This document shows positions 1 to 13,338 of a stretch of DNA of 64,000 bases, piece by piece. The stretch comes from Heterodontus francisci. Lineage: Eukaryota. Each line of letters begins with the position of its first letter. The stretch's first letter is position 1. The translations under genes were made by a program, and so were the position numbers. Under the pieces are notes generated by a model. That model had not been told where the DNA came from. It saw only the letters and a program-made list of their open reading frames with translations, and made no database searches. The DNA lies in the NCBI RefSeq assembly GCF_036365525.1, contig NC_090421.1, positions 3,414,725 through 3,478,724 on the forward strand. Direction: 5' to 3'.

Positions 1-4
1 AAAG

Positions 5-141
5 NNNNNNNNNNNNNNNNNNNNNNNNNNNNNNNNNNNNNNNNNNNNNNNNNNNNNNNNNNNNNNNNNNNNNNNNNNNNNNNNNNNNNNNNNNNNNNNN
101 NNNNNNNNNNNNNNNNNNNNNNNNNNNNNNNNNNNNNNNNN
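5..141. other. Assembly gap (N run)
   Basis: Run of n characters. Confidence 0.99.
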
Positions 142-2199
142 GACTGTGACAAAGAGAGAGACACAGACACGAGGAGAGAGAAAGAGATGGAGATGGAGCG
201 AGATGAGTGATTTCAGACCAATCTGTCTTTGGCACTGTTGGCCATGGGACACCACAACTCCCCTAGGTCCTCAAGTGCCGTGGGATATTTTTTCCTCTAT
301 CTGAACAGGTAGCCAGGGCATCAGTTTAAGTACTTCAAAAAGAGGACAACTCCCAATAGTGCAGCACTCCCTCAGTACAGCACAGAAGTGGCAACCTGGA
401 CTGGAGCTTGAACCCACTGGCACAGTGAGGTCAGGTTCAGCACTGGTCAGGTCAACAGAATTGAACAGATCAGCCAAATTTTTTTAAACTGAAATTAGAA
501 TTTGGCATCATACATAAACATCTGGCACAATATATCCTTCAGCACACAATTCATTAAACTGACTCACCAGGAAAGGTGGAAGTGCTTTCCAGCCAACATT
601 AAACATCTTAATTCAGGTCTACCAGATTTTTTCCATCAGTATAAATCAAAACTACAATGCATTATTTTTAGCAAGTGCTGATGGCATCACTTGTGGAAAC
701 CAGTCTGGGGGAGTTACTGAGCTTTAAGTGTTTTGAAGTTGAATTAAGGACAGCTGGGAAAAAGCTTCAGCTACTGGTGTTAATCCATTACACCATCAGA
801 TTCAGCAACTCCTCCGAGCCAATTCTTCTGATGGGACCACTCACTGTTAAAAAGTTAAGAGTCAGGGCTTTTTTCAATAGCTCTTTTCTCCTCCCAAATA
901 AAGTGGGTAATGATCGGGATACCTCCAAGCACCACAGTATCTTCACAAGCTTGATAGAAGCTATTTGGTCATGCAAACAAAAAGCAAAGTCCAGATTATA
1001 TCTTGAAACAACTCATACCTTCCAGTTATTCAGCCAACTTTTATATCCTATTGCTTTCTGTTGATTGTTCCAGAATTATATCAAAACCCTGCATCATTTT
1101 TATTCAATAATATTTGGTTGAACATTACAAGTTTCACAGAATAGCCCCATCGCACAGCACACTGGCACATAAAGGCAGGACACAGAATCTTAACCACATT
1201 TATAAAAAGTTCCTGATCTTGGTTAGGACATCTGGAGAGTTATTGAACAGCAACACCAAGCAATGGCCAAAGTGGATATCTCCCAGGGATCAAAGTAACA
1301 ACACAGACACTGGTCATCCACAAAGAGAAGGAATTAGCCAATTTATAAAAGAGAAGGCACATTAAGTCTTGATTTAATTCCTTTAGTCAATCATTCTGTT
1401 CAAAGTCACCGGTCAAGTACATCAGTTCCAGTAAACAAATACAAAAGCATCTTCTGAACTTGATCAAGGCATTAGTTTTTAACTCCAAATACAGTGTTCA
1501 ATAAAAAAGATATATATAATCTGGTTTACATCACATCCAAACATTTTAGTAAAATACAAACATTTACTTCAGCAGTAAACCACAATTCACTTCAGTGCCT
1601 CTCTACAAACTGTTATCTCAACCTATTTTACAATTACCAATACTCACACAGGACCTTGGGAAAGTAAATCTGATAAGTACAGTAAGTGGAGACATAAAAG
1701 TGCAAGTTAAAATGTAATTATGATTTCACTTTCAATAAGTACAAAACAGAGTGGGAAAAACAGCAACAAGCACCTCAGGTATTAAAATCACTTGCTTTGG
1801 ATCTTCTCCCTTTAGTTTAGAATTAATCACAAGATTTTCCCACGTTATTTTAAGTTAATAACTTAAGAAAAATCTCTACGAGAAAAAAATTCAACCTCGC
1901 GAGAGAAAATCCATATCAGAATGGGGAAAAAAATCAGCTTAACAGGTGGATTTGTTTACACAAATCTGCAGAACTGGAAAAAATATAAAACGTATCAGGA
2001 GATCAATTCAGAAACACCGACATACTAAAAAAAAAGTCACTGAGTCGACCAAAGTCCTTGAGAGACACAGAATTTTCTTCTGACCACAAGCCCAGAAAGG
2101 ACGGCTTGACTCTTCTCAACTACTCGCTCAACCAAACATCTTTTCAAGTGGAAAATTGATCTAATATTATGTAGTTTTTGTTGGGATTTTTCTACTCAC

Positions 2200-2340
2200 C
2201 TGTTGAGACGTTCTTTCCCCCACCCTGACGATTTGCCAAATATCAACGAAAGTTTAACTATTCCAGCGAGAACTCTTTTACCTCCGCCCGCACTGCCTCG
2301 CCAACGCACCTGCCTACACTGCCCAGTTCCAATTTCCCAG
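2200..2340 (-). other. Probable non-coding first exon of a minus-strand gene continuing left of the window (LIMA1 by human synteny with FAM186A; inference only)
   Basis: Perfect minus-strand donor CAG|GTGAGT (exon ends 2200) at the edge of a CpG-rich stretch (2280-2600); no convincing ORF; 5' boundary approximate. Confidence 0.5.
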
Positions 2341-2600
2341 ACTGACAGACTGCCTCAACATTCTAAACCACGCACCAACGCATGACCTCAGAGCGTCAGA
2401 TCTGCAGCTGAAGTCATCCTTGCGAGTTCTTCGACGGGTCCTCCAAACCTGCAGGTGGCGCCGGCAGACCCGCTGCCCTTTGGCGCCACAAAACAATCGT
2501 CTGACGGCTGCGTCGTCCGCTCGAACAACGCCATCTGCAGGATTGGGAGACATGTAGGTTCCAACGTTTACACCACCTGCTGGATTTCAGCAGCAATGCT
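2280..2600 (-). promoter_or_regulatory. CpG-rich promoter-like region
   Basis: Local CpG excess in an AT-rich background, CCGCCC GC-box and several CACCTG/CAGGTG E-boxes, next to a strong splice donor. Confidence 0.5.
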
Positions 2601-2664
2601 GCGCTTCTTTAAAAAAAAGGTATTTTGCAAAGGCATTTGGTTGTTTCCCATTTTGAGGAGGGAA

Positions 2665-3048
2665 AGAGGTTGAGAGGATTCTGTTCAAAATCATGATGGG
2701 GCCTAGACAGAGTAGATAGGGAGAAACTGTTCCCTTTGGCGGAAGGGTCAAGATCCAGAAGAAACCGCTTTAAAGTGAATGGCAAAAGAAGCAACTGAGA
2801 TGTAAGGAAAAACATTTTTACACAATGAGTGGTTGGGATCTGGAATGTACTGCCTGAGAGTGTGGTGGAGGCAGGTTCAATCCTGGCAATTTAAAGGGAA
2901 GTGGATAAGCACTTGAAGAGAAAAACATTGTAGGGCTACTGGGAAGAAGCAGGGGAGTGGGACTAGCTTAGTTGCTCTTGCAGAGTTGGCATGGACACAA
3001 CGGACCGAATGGCCTCCTTCTGGGTTGTAACCATTCTATGATTCTATG
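2665..3048 (+). mobile_element. CR1 LINE 3' fragment
   Basis: Degraded end of CR1 ORF2 (LDRVDREKLFPLAEGSR-like), GGACCGAATGGCCTCCTTCT 3'UTR motif and (ATTCTATG)n tail. Confidence 0.8.
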
Positions 3049-4704
3049 CCATGATTACATAGAATGTACAACACAGAAGCAGGCCATTCACCCATTCAAG
3101 TCTATGCTTGTATTTATGCCTCCTCCACCCCTACTTCATCTTACCCCATCACCATATCCTTCTATTCCTTTCTCCCTCGTGTTTATCCAGCATCCCCTTA
3201 ATGATGTTGCCTGCCTGCAATGGGATACTCTTTCAGGACACAATTTACAGTTCCTTTGTGCTCAATGCATATTGATAAATGTCTTTCAGTACTTACTGAG
3301 AAAGGGATGGAGGGTGGACTGAGCTGGAAAAAGGAAGTTGGACAGAAAGTCATGAGGAGACAACAACCCTGTCAATAGATTTCTGGAATTAGGGAGGGAG
3401 GTGGCAAGGTAGAGATGGTGAGGGAGGGTGTTCCAGAGGTTGGGGGTAAAGTGAGAGGGGTGAGGCCATGGCAGGATTTCAACATGAGAACAAAAATCTT
3501 AAAGTCAAATCTCTGGGAACCCAGTGGAGCTTGATGAGGACAGTGATAATAGGGCTTCAGGTATTAGTACATGTGAGAGCACAAGACTCCAGCATTCTGG
3601 ATAACTTGTGGTTTAGAGAAATTTCCATTTTGACTCTGGGCTGGATTTGAACCTAAGTCCGAGAAATAAATGGACAATGTATAACCTACTTCATCACCCA
3701 GTAGTCAAGAGAATTAGCTCTCAACGTAGATAGACAAGCCTCCAGTTGCCATTATGAATTTAAGAGGAGCCATGAGAAGAACAGGGAGTTCTCCAGGTGT
3801 CTTGGCTAACATTCCTCCCTTATCCAAAAAACACCTAAACAGATTGGTCATTCATTCATTTGCTATTTGCGGGAGCTTGCTGTGCACGAATTGGATGCTG
3901 TCTATGCCTACAAAACTTTGAATGAGATGCTGAGTTAGTCACTGCCTTTGTAGATATGACAGTGATAGTTCTCCATTACTGGCTTTCCTTCCTTACACTT
4001 ATTTGTAAAGTGCCTTGGGATGTTTCATTATGTTGAAGATACTATTTGAAATGCAAGTTGTGGTTCTTGATATAGACCATGCAATGAAAAAAGATAATCA
4101 CTTTTATTGTTTTAATATTTACAATGACACTTCAGTTATGAGGTTGTCTGTTGCCATTGTTATCCCTTTCCAGTTCAGTTGCTAGTTTGCTGAACCTGGC
4201 ATAAAGAAGGAAAAAAAAAATTAAATAAATCACAATGTCTCCTTCCACCTCCACACAACATGTTTTCTCCCTCCTCTTCTGAAGGCAGTATATTGGAGTA
4301 TGATCCCATAGGCACAGGCCACCCTTCAATGCCTTTCCAAAATGGCCATTGTGCATTTCTGAATCTATACAGTGAGTGTCGATTGGTTATTTGATCGTGG
4401 GGGTATCACAGCTGAGCCAAGTACCTTTCTGGTCTACAGGAGTCAGTACCACGTTTAATAGTGTACATTCCAACTGAATCAGAAACCACACTTCATGGAA
4501 ATCTTTGGTAAAAGATGAAGGATTTATACAACATGACAGTAAGAAAAATGATCTTAAAAATCAACAAAAATAGATAGAAAAGGAACCAAAAGATGCTCGA
4601 TTTAACTATGAGACGGGCAGGGAATCCAGATTAAAATCCTAATTATGTTATCAAATGTTAGGAGTAGCTTTACATTAATTATCTAAATTTTAGTATTAAC
4701 CGAC

Positions 4705-5352
4705 TGTGTCCTCAGTATCTTGCTCTATGGCAGTGAGGCCTGGACAATGTATGTCAGCCAAGAGCGACGTCTCAACTCATTCCATCTTCGTTGCCTCCGA
4801 AGAATCCTTGGCATCAGGTGGCAGGACCGTATTTCCAACGCAGAAGTCCTCGAGGCGGCCAACATCCCCAGCATGTACGCCCTACTGAGCCAGTGGCGCT
4901 TGAGATGGCTTGGCATATGGGCCGCATGGAAAGTGGCAGGATCCCCAAGAACGCATTGTACAGCGAGCCCGTCACTGGTATCAGACCCACCGGCCGTCCA
5001 TGTCTCCGCTTTAAAGACGTCTGCAAACGTGACATGAAGTCCTGTGACATTGATCACAAGTCGTGGGAGTCAGTTGCCAATGATCACCAGAGCTGGTAGA
5101 CAGCCATAAAGGCGGGGCTAAAGAGTGGTGAGTCGAAGAGACTTAGCAGTTGGCAGGAAAAAGACAGAAGCACAAGGAGAGAGCCAACTGTGTAACAGCC
5201 CCGACAACCAATTTTATCTGCAGCACCTGTGGAAGAGTCTGTCACTCTAGAATTGGCCTTTATAGCCACTCCAGGCGCTGCTGCACGAACCACTGACCAC
5301 CTGCAGGCGCTTACCCATTGTCTCTCGAGACAAGGAGGCCAAAGAAGAAGAA
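4705..5352 (+). mobile_element. RTE-clade LINE 3' fragment
   Basis: ORF pieces LLYGSEAWT...FHLRCLRRILGIRWQDRISNAEVL and GRPCLRFKDVCKRD; closely matches 33640-34284; ends TTGTCTCTCGAGACAAGGAGGCCAAA(GAA)n. Confidence 0.9.
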
Positions 5353-5659
5353 CCGACTGCAAAAATATAATCTATCTGCCACATTAAATTCCTTTGTATG
5401 ACTGCATTGTTCTACAGCTAATCACATTGCAGAACCATAAATTAAAATTGTTCTGGAGCTGATCAAATCCCAGAATTTTTATCAGTCAGTGACTCCAATT
5501 CCACACAATATGGTTAATTCTTAATGCCCTCAGGTCAAAATGGCAACAGGCAATAAATGTGGCCGTGCCAGTGTCACCCACATTCCAAGAACAAGTTTCA
5601 AAAAGATCAGATCCTAGAGCTATCTCTGTAGTATTATGTATGACAGTTGTAGTGCTCGT

Positions 5660-6125
5660 ACATAGTAAAAATGTCTCAAGGCGCTTTGCAGGAGCGTAGT
5701 CAAACAAAATTTCACACCGAGCTGCATAGGGAGACATTAGGAAGCTTGGTTACAGAGGTAGGTATTAAGTAGTGTATTAAGGGAGGAGAGAGAGGTGGAG
5801 AGGTTTAGGGAAGAAATACCAGAGCTTAGAGCCTAGGCAGTTGAAAGCATAGCCACCAATGGTGGAGCAAAGGAAATCAGAAATACACAAGAGGCCAAAA
5901 TCATAGGATTGCAGAATTCTTGGAGGGTTGTAGGGCTGGAGGAAGTTACAGAGATAGGGAGGAGTGAAGCCATGGAGAGATTTAAAGACGACACAACAAC
6001 TTACATTTATATAGCACCTTTAATGTAGTAAAATGTCCCAATAACACAAGGATGAGAATTTTAAAATTGAGGCCTTGCTGGACCGGGAGCCAATACAGGT
6101 CAGCAAGCACAGAGGTGATGGGTGA
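5660..6125 (-). mobile_element. L2-like LINE 3' fragment
   Basis: Recognisable L2 3' region (GGAGAGAGAGGTGGAGAGGTTTAGGG...CCTAGGCAG on +); related copies at ~39400-39830 and ~3370-3610. Confidence 0.6.
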
Positions 6126-6129
6126 GTAG

Positions 6130-6520
6130 GTTAGCACACTGTTTGTTCACTTATAAACTTGGGTTTTGAATCCAGCCCAGACTGATAAGGTAAAAGCCTG
6201 TTGTTTGTTTTGGTTAGAAAAGTCTTCTGTGAAATAAACCTGGACAGTCTCAACCCACTTCATATGAGGGCATGAGCCCACAGCCCAACTACTCATGATT
6301 CAGCATTAAGTGGAACTAAACCTGCAGTATCACTCAGATAATGGTTAGTGTGGGAAATGGAAATGTCTTGGAGTAGGAAGAGGGTCCTCGTCTGGGGTTG
6401 AGACTGCCACATATTATTAGAGCAGAGTAAAGCAGCTGGATGTGCTACAGATCTGACCTGAAAGTTCATGGTGCTTACATCCCCATTAATGACATCCATG
6501 ACCAAGACAGGCAGAAAAAA
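6130..6520 (+). mobile_element. Ancient tRNA-derived SINE, LF-SINE-like
   Basis: Motifs GAATCCAGCCCAG, TGTGAAAT, GTCTCAACCCA and GGGTTGAG occur in the order I recall for the LF-SINE consensus; A-rich end. Confidence 0.45.
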
Positions 6521-6730
6521 ATTAACAAAAAAAAATGGAGAAACATTTGCAAATCTTTAAAGGTCGCAAAGTGGGCACAATAACAAGGATAGTGACAAAT
6601 TCAAGGTATGGTACACCAGATACTTGTACAAACTAGTCATCACAGAGGAAGCTGTAAATAGTACCTGCCTCCAGGTCTGGCTGTGCAAGAGCTGAAATAA
6701 AGAACAAAAATCTGTAGGTGTTGTTTAAAT

Positions 6731-6736
6731 TTTATT
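6731..6736 (-). terminator. Polyadenylation signal AATAAA of the FAM186-like gene
   Basis: TTTATT on + about 95 nt downstream of the terminal-exon stop codon. Confidence 0.6.
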
Positions 6737-6829
6737 GAAGCAAAAAACAGTAACAGAAACAAAAATAGAACAAGGAGCACAACATTTACGAGGCAGACAA
6801 CTGTTGTTGCAACAAACTCTTTACCTCTG

Positions 6830-7004
6830 CTAAAAGAAATTAAACTTGTTTGTAGATGTAGCAAGGGGTAAGGTCCCTTTTTTGTCTGAAAATAGAGGAA
6901 CACATGATTCAGGTGGAATGGAAAGACTCTTCGTTGTTGTCTGCAGGCTCTCTCCTACAATACTTATCTGTGTCTTCGCCAACATCTGCCTAAAAGAATT
7001 CTTT
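6830..7004 (-). CDS. FAM186A: FAM186A/B-like, terminal coding exon 8
   Basis: Acceptor TTTCATTTTCTTTACCAG|A in phase 2, compatible with exon 7; reads KNSFRQMLAKTQ...FNFF*; AATAAA downstream. Confidence 0.65.
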
Positions 7005-8276
7005 CTGGTAAAGAAAATGAAATATTGATGTAACACATTTATGCAAAACTGCAGGGAAGAAAAGCAATTGAGAATTTACAAATCTTTAAGGACCTTGAAG
7101 TGATTCCAGTTATAAAACAAAGAAATCAGAGGTCCCTGATGACTCGGTTGGTAACTGCACCACTGTGTGTAGTACTAAGCCAAATTGACACTCAGAAGCT
7201 CAAGAAGGTGTCAAGATTAATGCCTCTATTTCCCCACTTTCAATTAGCCCACTCAGGGGGTAAATTGAACCTTGTGAGCCTGTTTTATGGGCACAACGCA
7301 GGCCAAGTTTGGGAACCACCTTCCTGCATCCCAAGAACACCTGAAAGGCCTGCTGTTGGGTCAGGCTATTTTTCAGGCACCCTGGCAACTGCCTAAAATG
7401 GGCATTAAGCACCTCACATGTGTAAATGAGAGGCCTAGTGTCTGTTTTAAACCTAATTGGATCTTGATGAACGGAGCAGACACAGGGTCTGGTCTGCTCC
7501 GGGATTCTTAAGCAGTTACTACAGCTTAAAAAGCGACTGCCAATAAATTGTTTTATTAACTGTTTCTGTGGAGCCAGGAGGAGCAGGAGTGGTCCCCACA
7601 ACTCTACAGTACTTGTGATTGTCCCACTCCTTACATTGCCACTCCATTCTACCCCACCGCCCCTTCCTGGGTCTTACCAGAGGGCCGCTGTCTGTGGACG
7701 CATGATAGATGCCAGCAGCTCATCTAAATACTATAATAAGGCCCGAGGCCCAATTTCGAGCTTGCCTCAAGCCTCCTGAAGTGCACCATAACCAATTTCT
7801 AGGCCTCACTGCTACTTGTTTGAGACATTGGAAGATTGCTGATGCTTGTGGAGTCATACTCTTGCATGAATTATTGCTTTCAGGAGAGGAGGAGAGAAAA
7901 TTGAGGGGGACAGAAAAGGAAAATCAGATCATAGAATTTAGAAAGGACCCATGATGTTGCTATTATTTTTGATCTCTTCAGCTTTCTCTTTCACCCCCAG
8001 ATTATTGCCACATACATCCCCCAAACCATTGCCAAGGATACGACTATTTCATGTATATCCCTTCAGACTACTGTCATGCACAAACCCCTGTTTAATTATC
8101 GAGGACAAAAGGGAAAATAAAACTCCAGATTATCATCACTCCAGCACTGAAGCTGCTCTGTGAATGAGCGTAGGAGTTCATTATCACTCTCAACTCTCTC
8201 TTTAAAGTAGGAGATAAGAGAACAGGATCCAGGGAGCAGATAAACAGGATAACAAACAACAAAATGGAACTCTTAC

Positions 8277-8390
8277 CTATCTATTGTCACTAACTTAGGA
8301 GTCCCTGGAAACGAAGCTGGGATAGCAGGGTCTTTCTGAGCAATTGAAAAACTCCCATCTACAATATTTGTGCACCACATGTGGGAGTTC
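8277..8390 (-). CDS. FAM186A: FAM186A/B-like, coding exon 7 (not in the ORF track)
   Basis: CCTTTGTTAG|G...GATAG|GTAAGA, 114 nt, phase 2/2. Encodes NSHMWCTNIVDGSFSIAQKDPAIPASFPGTPKLVTID, resembling the FAM186 C-terminal motif (W.T...SS..I..K.P...P.IPRLLTLD). Confidence 0.8.
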
Positions 8391-8769
8391 CTAACAAAGG
8401 ATAAGATCTATTATTAATGAAGTACAACATTTGACATTCAATCAACCAGTGATTGTAAGAACATAAGAAATAGCAGGAGTAAGCCATAAGTATCAGCCCA
8501 TTCAGAGCTGCTGCTTCACTGGGCTCCTTCAATCACTGATCCTCTTGAACCAATCTGTGCAGATAGATCACTGGACATATGGTCTCACAAAGTTACACAA
8601 GGTTAGCTCTGCAGGCAAAATGTATGCATTGTAATCCAGATTGGGGAAAAAAAGACAGGCTGACCAACTGGAGAGCAGCTGGCCAGGGTTGAATGGTGGA
8701 GGTCTGGGAATGGATAGATATTTTGTGTCTTTGTGGACCACTGTCTCAGGTTGAACCAGACTGTTCACA

Positions 8770-9060
8770 ACCTCAGCATACTATTTAATCCTGAGCTGAG
8801 CTTCCAGCTCCTTATCCACTCTATCACCAAGACTGCCTACTTCCACCTTGCATAATATCGGCTGTCTCCACCCCTGCCTCAGCCCATCTGCTGCTGAAAC
8901 CTCCATCCATACCTTTGTTACTGTCAGACTCCACTATTCCAATGCTCTCCTGGTTAGCCTCCCATCTTCCACCCTCCATAAATTTCAGCTCATCCAAAAC
9001 TCTGCTGCCCATATCCTAACTCACACCAAGTCCTCGCGGACCACCAGTGGTCCATGGACC
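8770..9060 (+). mobile_element. L2 LINE ORF2 fragment
   Basis: HNIGCLHPCLSPSAAETSIHTFVTVRLHYSNALL...LQLIQNSAA is the typical L2 RT C-terminal region. Confidence 0.8.
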
Positions 9061-9066
9061 ACACTT

Positions 9067-10768
9067 TGAGAACCTACATAAACAGCAAGTTTAATGGACC
9101 TAATGGGTTTTCTATGTTTCTAGTGCTGGATAATATACAGAGGTCATATGACTAAGCATTAATGATGCATTTTAGAAAAAAAACACTGAATCCAGCCACC
9201 CTGATGTGTTTTTTTTGTTTTATTTTTCCTGAAACCACCATGTGTTCTGTTTATGCAAAGTAACTATTGTGCTATGAGACTAGGAGTAGTTTCTTCTTTT
9301 GAAGTTAAACACTTCTGTCAAGAAAACACTATATGCCAAATGAGAAATACTAATTCATCGGTTGGAAACTTACATAAAATTTTTAATGGAAAAAAAATCC
9401 TACAGTTCACTTTTTAAAAAACTGGCAGCCAAGATGGCCACCGCAATTTGCGTCTGAAACACCTTTGCACATTCCAAGGCCCAACTGGAGTCAGAAGCCT
9501 AACAAGAAGCTCAGCCAGGACAATGTTTTGGCTAACTGAGTAGACTATCCAGATCATCCTCATTAGCAGGACATTCAAAGCCATCTTGAGGCATTCATGA
9601 ATGGAGATGTCCCTCCAGAGGGTAAACACTGACAATACCACCTGAGAGAGGTTTTGGTTTTTAAACTTTGGACCTTATTAAAAACAAAGGGGATTGAGAG
9701 AACCATGTGACCGTCTCCTCAGGCTGTGAAAAACTGGGAGTTTTGTTGCACACAAAGAGACAAGCAGTAACTGAAACTGAGCAGCAGCAGAAGGTTGTGT
9801 GCTTCCCTTTCTCTCTCCCTCTCTCTCCAGAAAACATCAAGTTTGAAAACCATCTGCAACTGTGGACCCTCCAAGCCTACAGAATGCTACAGCCAGAGAC
9901 CAGGGGAAGAGGGCCAATTACAATTCTGCCTCCAAGAAAACCCTGAGCAAAGCGGGCCAACCACAAAGTGCACTTTGACCAGACAAGACTTCAAGAATAC
10001 AACTCCAGCCTGAAGACCACCGAATCATCCATCCTCGGACTGTGTATTTAACTTTTATTTAGATTAGATTAGAGATACAGCACTGAAACAGGCCCTTCGG
10101 CCCACCGAGTCTGTGCCGAACATCAACCACCCATTTATACTAATCCTACACTAATCCCATATTCCTACCAAACATCCCCACCTGTCCCTATATTTCCCTA
10201 CCACCTACCTACACTAGTGACAATTTATAATGGCCAATTTACCTATCAACCTGCAAGTCTTTTGGCTTGTGGGAGGAAACCGGAGCACCCGGAGAAAACC
10301 CACGCAGACACAGGGAGAACTTGCAAACTCCACACAGGCAGTACCCGGAATCGAACCCGGGTCCCTGGAGCTGTGAGGCTGCGGTGCTAACCACTGCGCC
10401 ACTGTGCCGCCCTTATTTATTAAGGACTTTAATCCAACCAAAAAACCTCCTTTCCACTTTGTCATCTATTTGTGTGCATGTGATCCTCGTGTGAATGTGT
10501 GCGTGAAAGTGTAGCTTTTTTTTTATTATTTTAGATCGGGTTTTGCTTGTTGAGTATAATAAACTTACCGCTTTCTTGTTTAAACTCAAGAAAACCTGTC
10601 CGATTGTTTTTTTCACGATCACATTAAAGGTAAAAGGTAAAGCACTCACTGAGGTGGTAAGCACCACCACTGTTTAAAAAAGGAATAAATCTTGTTGCGG
10701 TCAAATAAGAGGAAGGGCAAGAGAGGCGACTGTGACCCTCCCCCCCACCTCCTCACCTGGCCGTAACA
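9067..10768 (+). mobile_element. Possible solo LTR (Gypsy-like), interrupted by an HE1 SINE
   Basis: Ends ...GGCCGTAACA and contains AATAAA ~200 nt before the end; possible TG start with ACTT on both sides. Left boundary uncertain. Confidence 0.35.
10059..10412 (-). mobile_element. HE1-type V-SINE
   Basis: tRNA-like head with A box TGGCGCAGTGG and B box GGTTCGATTCC, V-domain GGGTTTTCTCCGGGTGCTCCGGTTTCCTCCCACA, CR1-like tail and (TCTAA)n; five near-identical copies in the window. Confidence 0.9.
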
Positions 10769-11257
10769 ACTTTCCTTTCATTGTCTAAGGTGGAGTTAGT
10801 GGGACAGTTGTTTTTAATGTCTGGGCCTCTGTTCCAGCAGTGATACATTCTAATTATAACCTTGTTTAAATATCTGTAAGTAATGTGAGTGAAAATTCAA
10901 ATAAATGGTGCAAAATCTATTTTTATATTCTGTAAATAAACCACATGCATGTATTTGGGGCAAATTGCTACAAGTAGTCTTCACTGGCTGAAAGTTGCTG
11001 TTGACCTGCTTCAGGGCAGCTTCTTCTCAGGATTTCCCAGCATCTCTTTAAAAATGACTCTTATTGGTGCTGTATAGCATCCTTGTCGGAATCTCAGCCG
11101 TGTTTGAATAACTGGAGCCTTGAGAACAGCGTTGCTGGTAAGAGCAGCTGCACAGTGTATATCCTTTCATGGTAAATAATGTCGTCGTCATCAATCTGGA
11201 CTAACAAATTCACTTGACCATTTTTACAACAAAGTAAACATCCAGTAGTTTCTGATT

Positions 11258-11381
11258 AAACGTCATCGACCTGAAATTTTAACTCTGCTTCTCTCTCCAC
11301 AGATGCTGCTAGACCTGCTGAGTATTTCCAGCACTTTTTAGTTTTATTTCAGATTTCCAGCATTCGCAGTATTTTGCTTTT
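11258..11381 (+). mobile_element. Short Penelope-like terminal fragment (MER6-like) with degenerate hammerhead
   Basis: GACCTGAAA..AACTCTGCTTCTCTCTCCACAGATGCTG..GACCTGCTGAG; flanked by an ~18-bp duplication ATCCA(G/C)TAGTTTCTGATT (11240-11257 / 11382-11399). Confidence 0.65.
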
Positions 11382-13159
11382 ATCCACTAGTTTCTGATTT
11401 ATATTTTTTAAAACTCCACTGTGTGCCAGTCACATCTCTTGAAGATTTTAATGACGTGTAGGTGTAGATGCAGTTGGGGTGTCTGAAAAGACCAACCACA
11501 CTGGGAGCTATAAAAGGCAAGACCTGGAATTCAGAAAATCCATTGTTCCCAAGTATTGTGTGTACATCTACATAAGAACATAAGAAATAGGAGCAGGTGT
11601 AGGCCATCCGGCCCCTCGAGCCTGCTCTGCCATTCAATAAGACCCTGGCTAATCTTCTACCTCAACTCCACTTTCCTACCCTATCCCCATATCCCATGTG
11701 ATATTGGGTCACACCAGGAGCTAGATTTTCCTATAGTCTGTAATCTTAAAGGCTGATTTTCCAATGACTTTGTTTAGCCTGATATTTTATGATTTTGGGT
11801 GCATAAATGATGAGAGCAAATATTAGCAGCCTTTATCACCGCACCACCAAATCAGCGATTGACAACAAACTGTGTTAAATAATGGTTTACTACACTGGCC
11901 ATTGAGGAACACAGCTAATAACTGCTGACATTTTGACTTGAGCTGCAGATCAGATTAACACATCACCAACACAAGATATGTGTGCACGTGTAACAAAGAC
12001 TGTCTTCTAGTAGAAATCTGCATGGAGAAGGCTACATTAGGTCCTAATTAAATTATGTAAAGATAGAAATAAACGTAACATCCTGGGTAATATTACCCTC
12101 TCACAGGATCCTGGTAATCCCACAGTGAGAAGTGCAAATGAGGGCAATCAATAATACCCAAGTCTTCTTTGTCCCTTTCTAGGATTCAGTACAGTCAGTG
12201 GTTTAGCTCATGTCCTAGCTTAACCCTGTTGTACTTCTTTCCCATCAGCCTTACAGTTTGGTGACAGCTGTTAAGTCAAGAAAGTCAGGAATAAGACGAC
12301 CTACATTTCAAATTGCATTTGCAATGCTACTCAGGTTTCTCCCAACAGGCTGCGTTGGATCAGCAATCAAATTCTACCAAGATTGGCCCTAAGATGTTTT
12401 TCTCTCCTATTTTCTTCTCCAAAGGTCCACTACCATAGCAAGGGAGCAGGACAGGAATAAACCAGCAAACAACTCTCAAGCAATGAATCTCAACCTCTAT
12501 TGTGGAATGCATGACCTCAGGTTATGCTGTGCACCCTGTTTAATGACCTGTTTAATCCTTGCTCCTTGGCATTTCATCGATAAATGGATTCATTTACAAT
12601 GCTGGGACCAGACTCTCTTTTGCTCACTGCAATCACAACAAGTATTGAACATTGTTTGGTTAGGTAATGCAGTGACGGTTCAGTACAATGCTGACCTTTC
12701 CCTACAACAACAGGACGATATACTCAGCCACATTTCTTATCAGCTGCCTTCTCTGATATCCTCCTTACGCTATCATGTGTAAACAAGGGTACATTCAAGT
12801 TTCTCTAGGTTTGCTTTACAAACGATACTGCATACTGCCCACAAAATGGTGGTCGGCTGAATCTGATTCGAGGAGGAAAACTGAAAACACCCAGAACAAA
12901 CCATACCAGGAGACACCATGAACACGCCATTGGTCCACATAATGAAGCAATGCCAATCCAAGGACACTTTTGTCCTGTGGGCCCATTTGCACTGGAGATA
13001 GTAACAAAAAATTAAAATTTTACTTACAATCATGAACAGCCACCATAAAGAACCTTCAAGGGTCCTAACTTACTCTGTTGCCTTTTGCCTTAAGAAAGAT
13101 GAGGCCTATTTAGCATTATTCAGTTGAAATTCTCATAACCTTTAACACTGAACTCGTAC

Positions 13160-13338
13160 CTCATTCTAAGAAAAGTTGAAGACGCACAGTTGCTCTGACC
13201 TCGAAGATAACATGGTCTATTGGATGCCATCAAAAACGTCGTCTGAAGAGGGGACCTGAACTGTTTCCTAGTCTTTGCATTTGGCGACTTGGTGGCCAGA
13301 AATGGACTGAACAAATGTAGGCCATTACGGTGTTTAAG
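13160..13338 (-). CDS. FAM186A: FAM186A/B-like, coding exon 6
   Basis: TTCTTTTTAAAG|CTTAAACAC...ATGAG|GTACGA, 179 nt, phase 0/2; LKHRNGLHLFSP resembles FAM186B LQLEWNVHLNIP. Confidence 0.75.

Noticed and set aside
10330-10412. tRNA-like A and B boxes
   Set aside because: SINE head with no complete cloverleaf; not a tRNA gene.
10214-10494. Recurrent short ORFs (MWEETGAPG..., GTACVEFASSPCVCVGFLRVLRFPP)
   Set aside because: These are translations of HE1 SINE copies, not genes.
12773-12991. Strong minus-strand acceptor at 12991 in phase with FAM186 exon 6
   Set aside because: The peptide has no FAM186 resemblance, and exon 6 joins the conserved 8390 exon in frame without it; at most a minor alternative exon.
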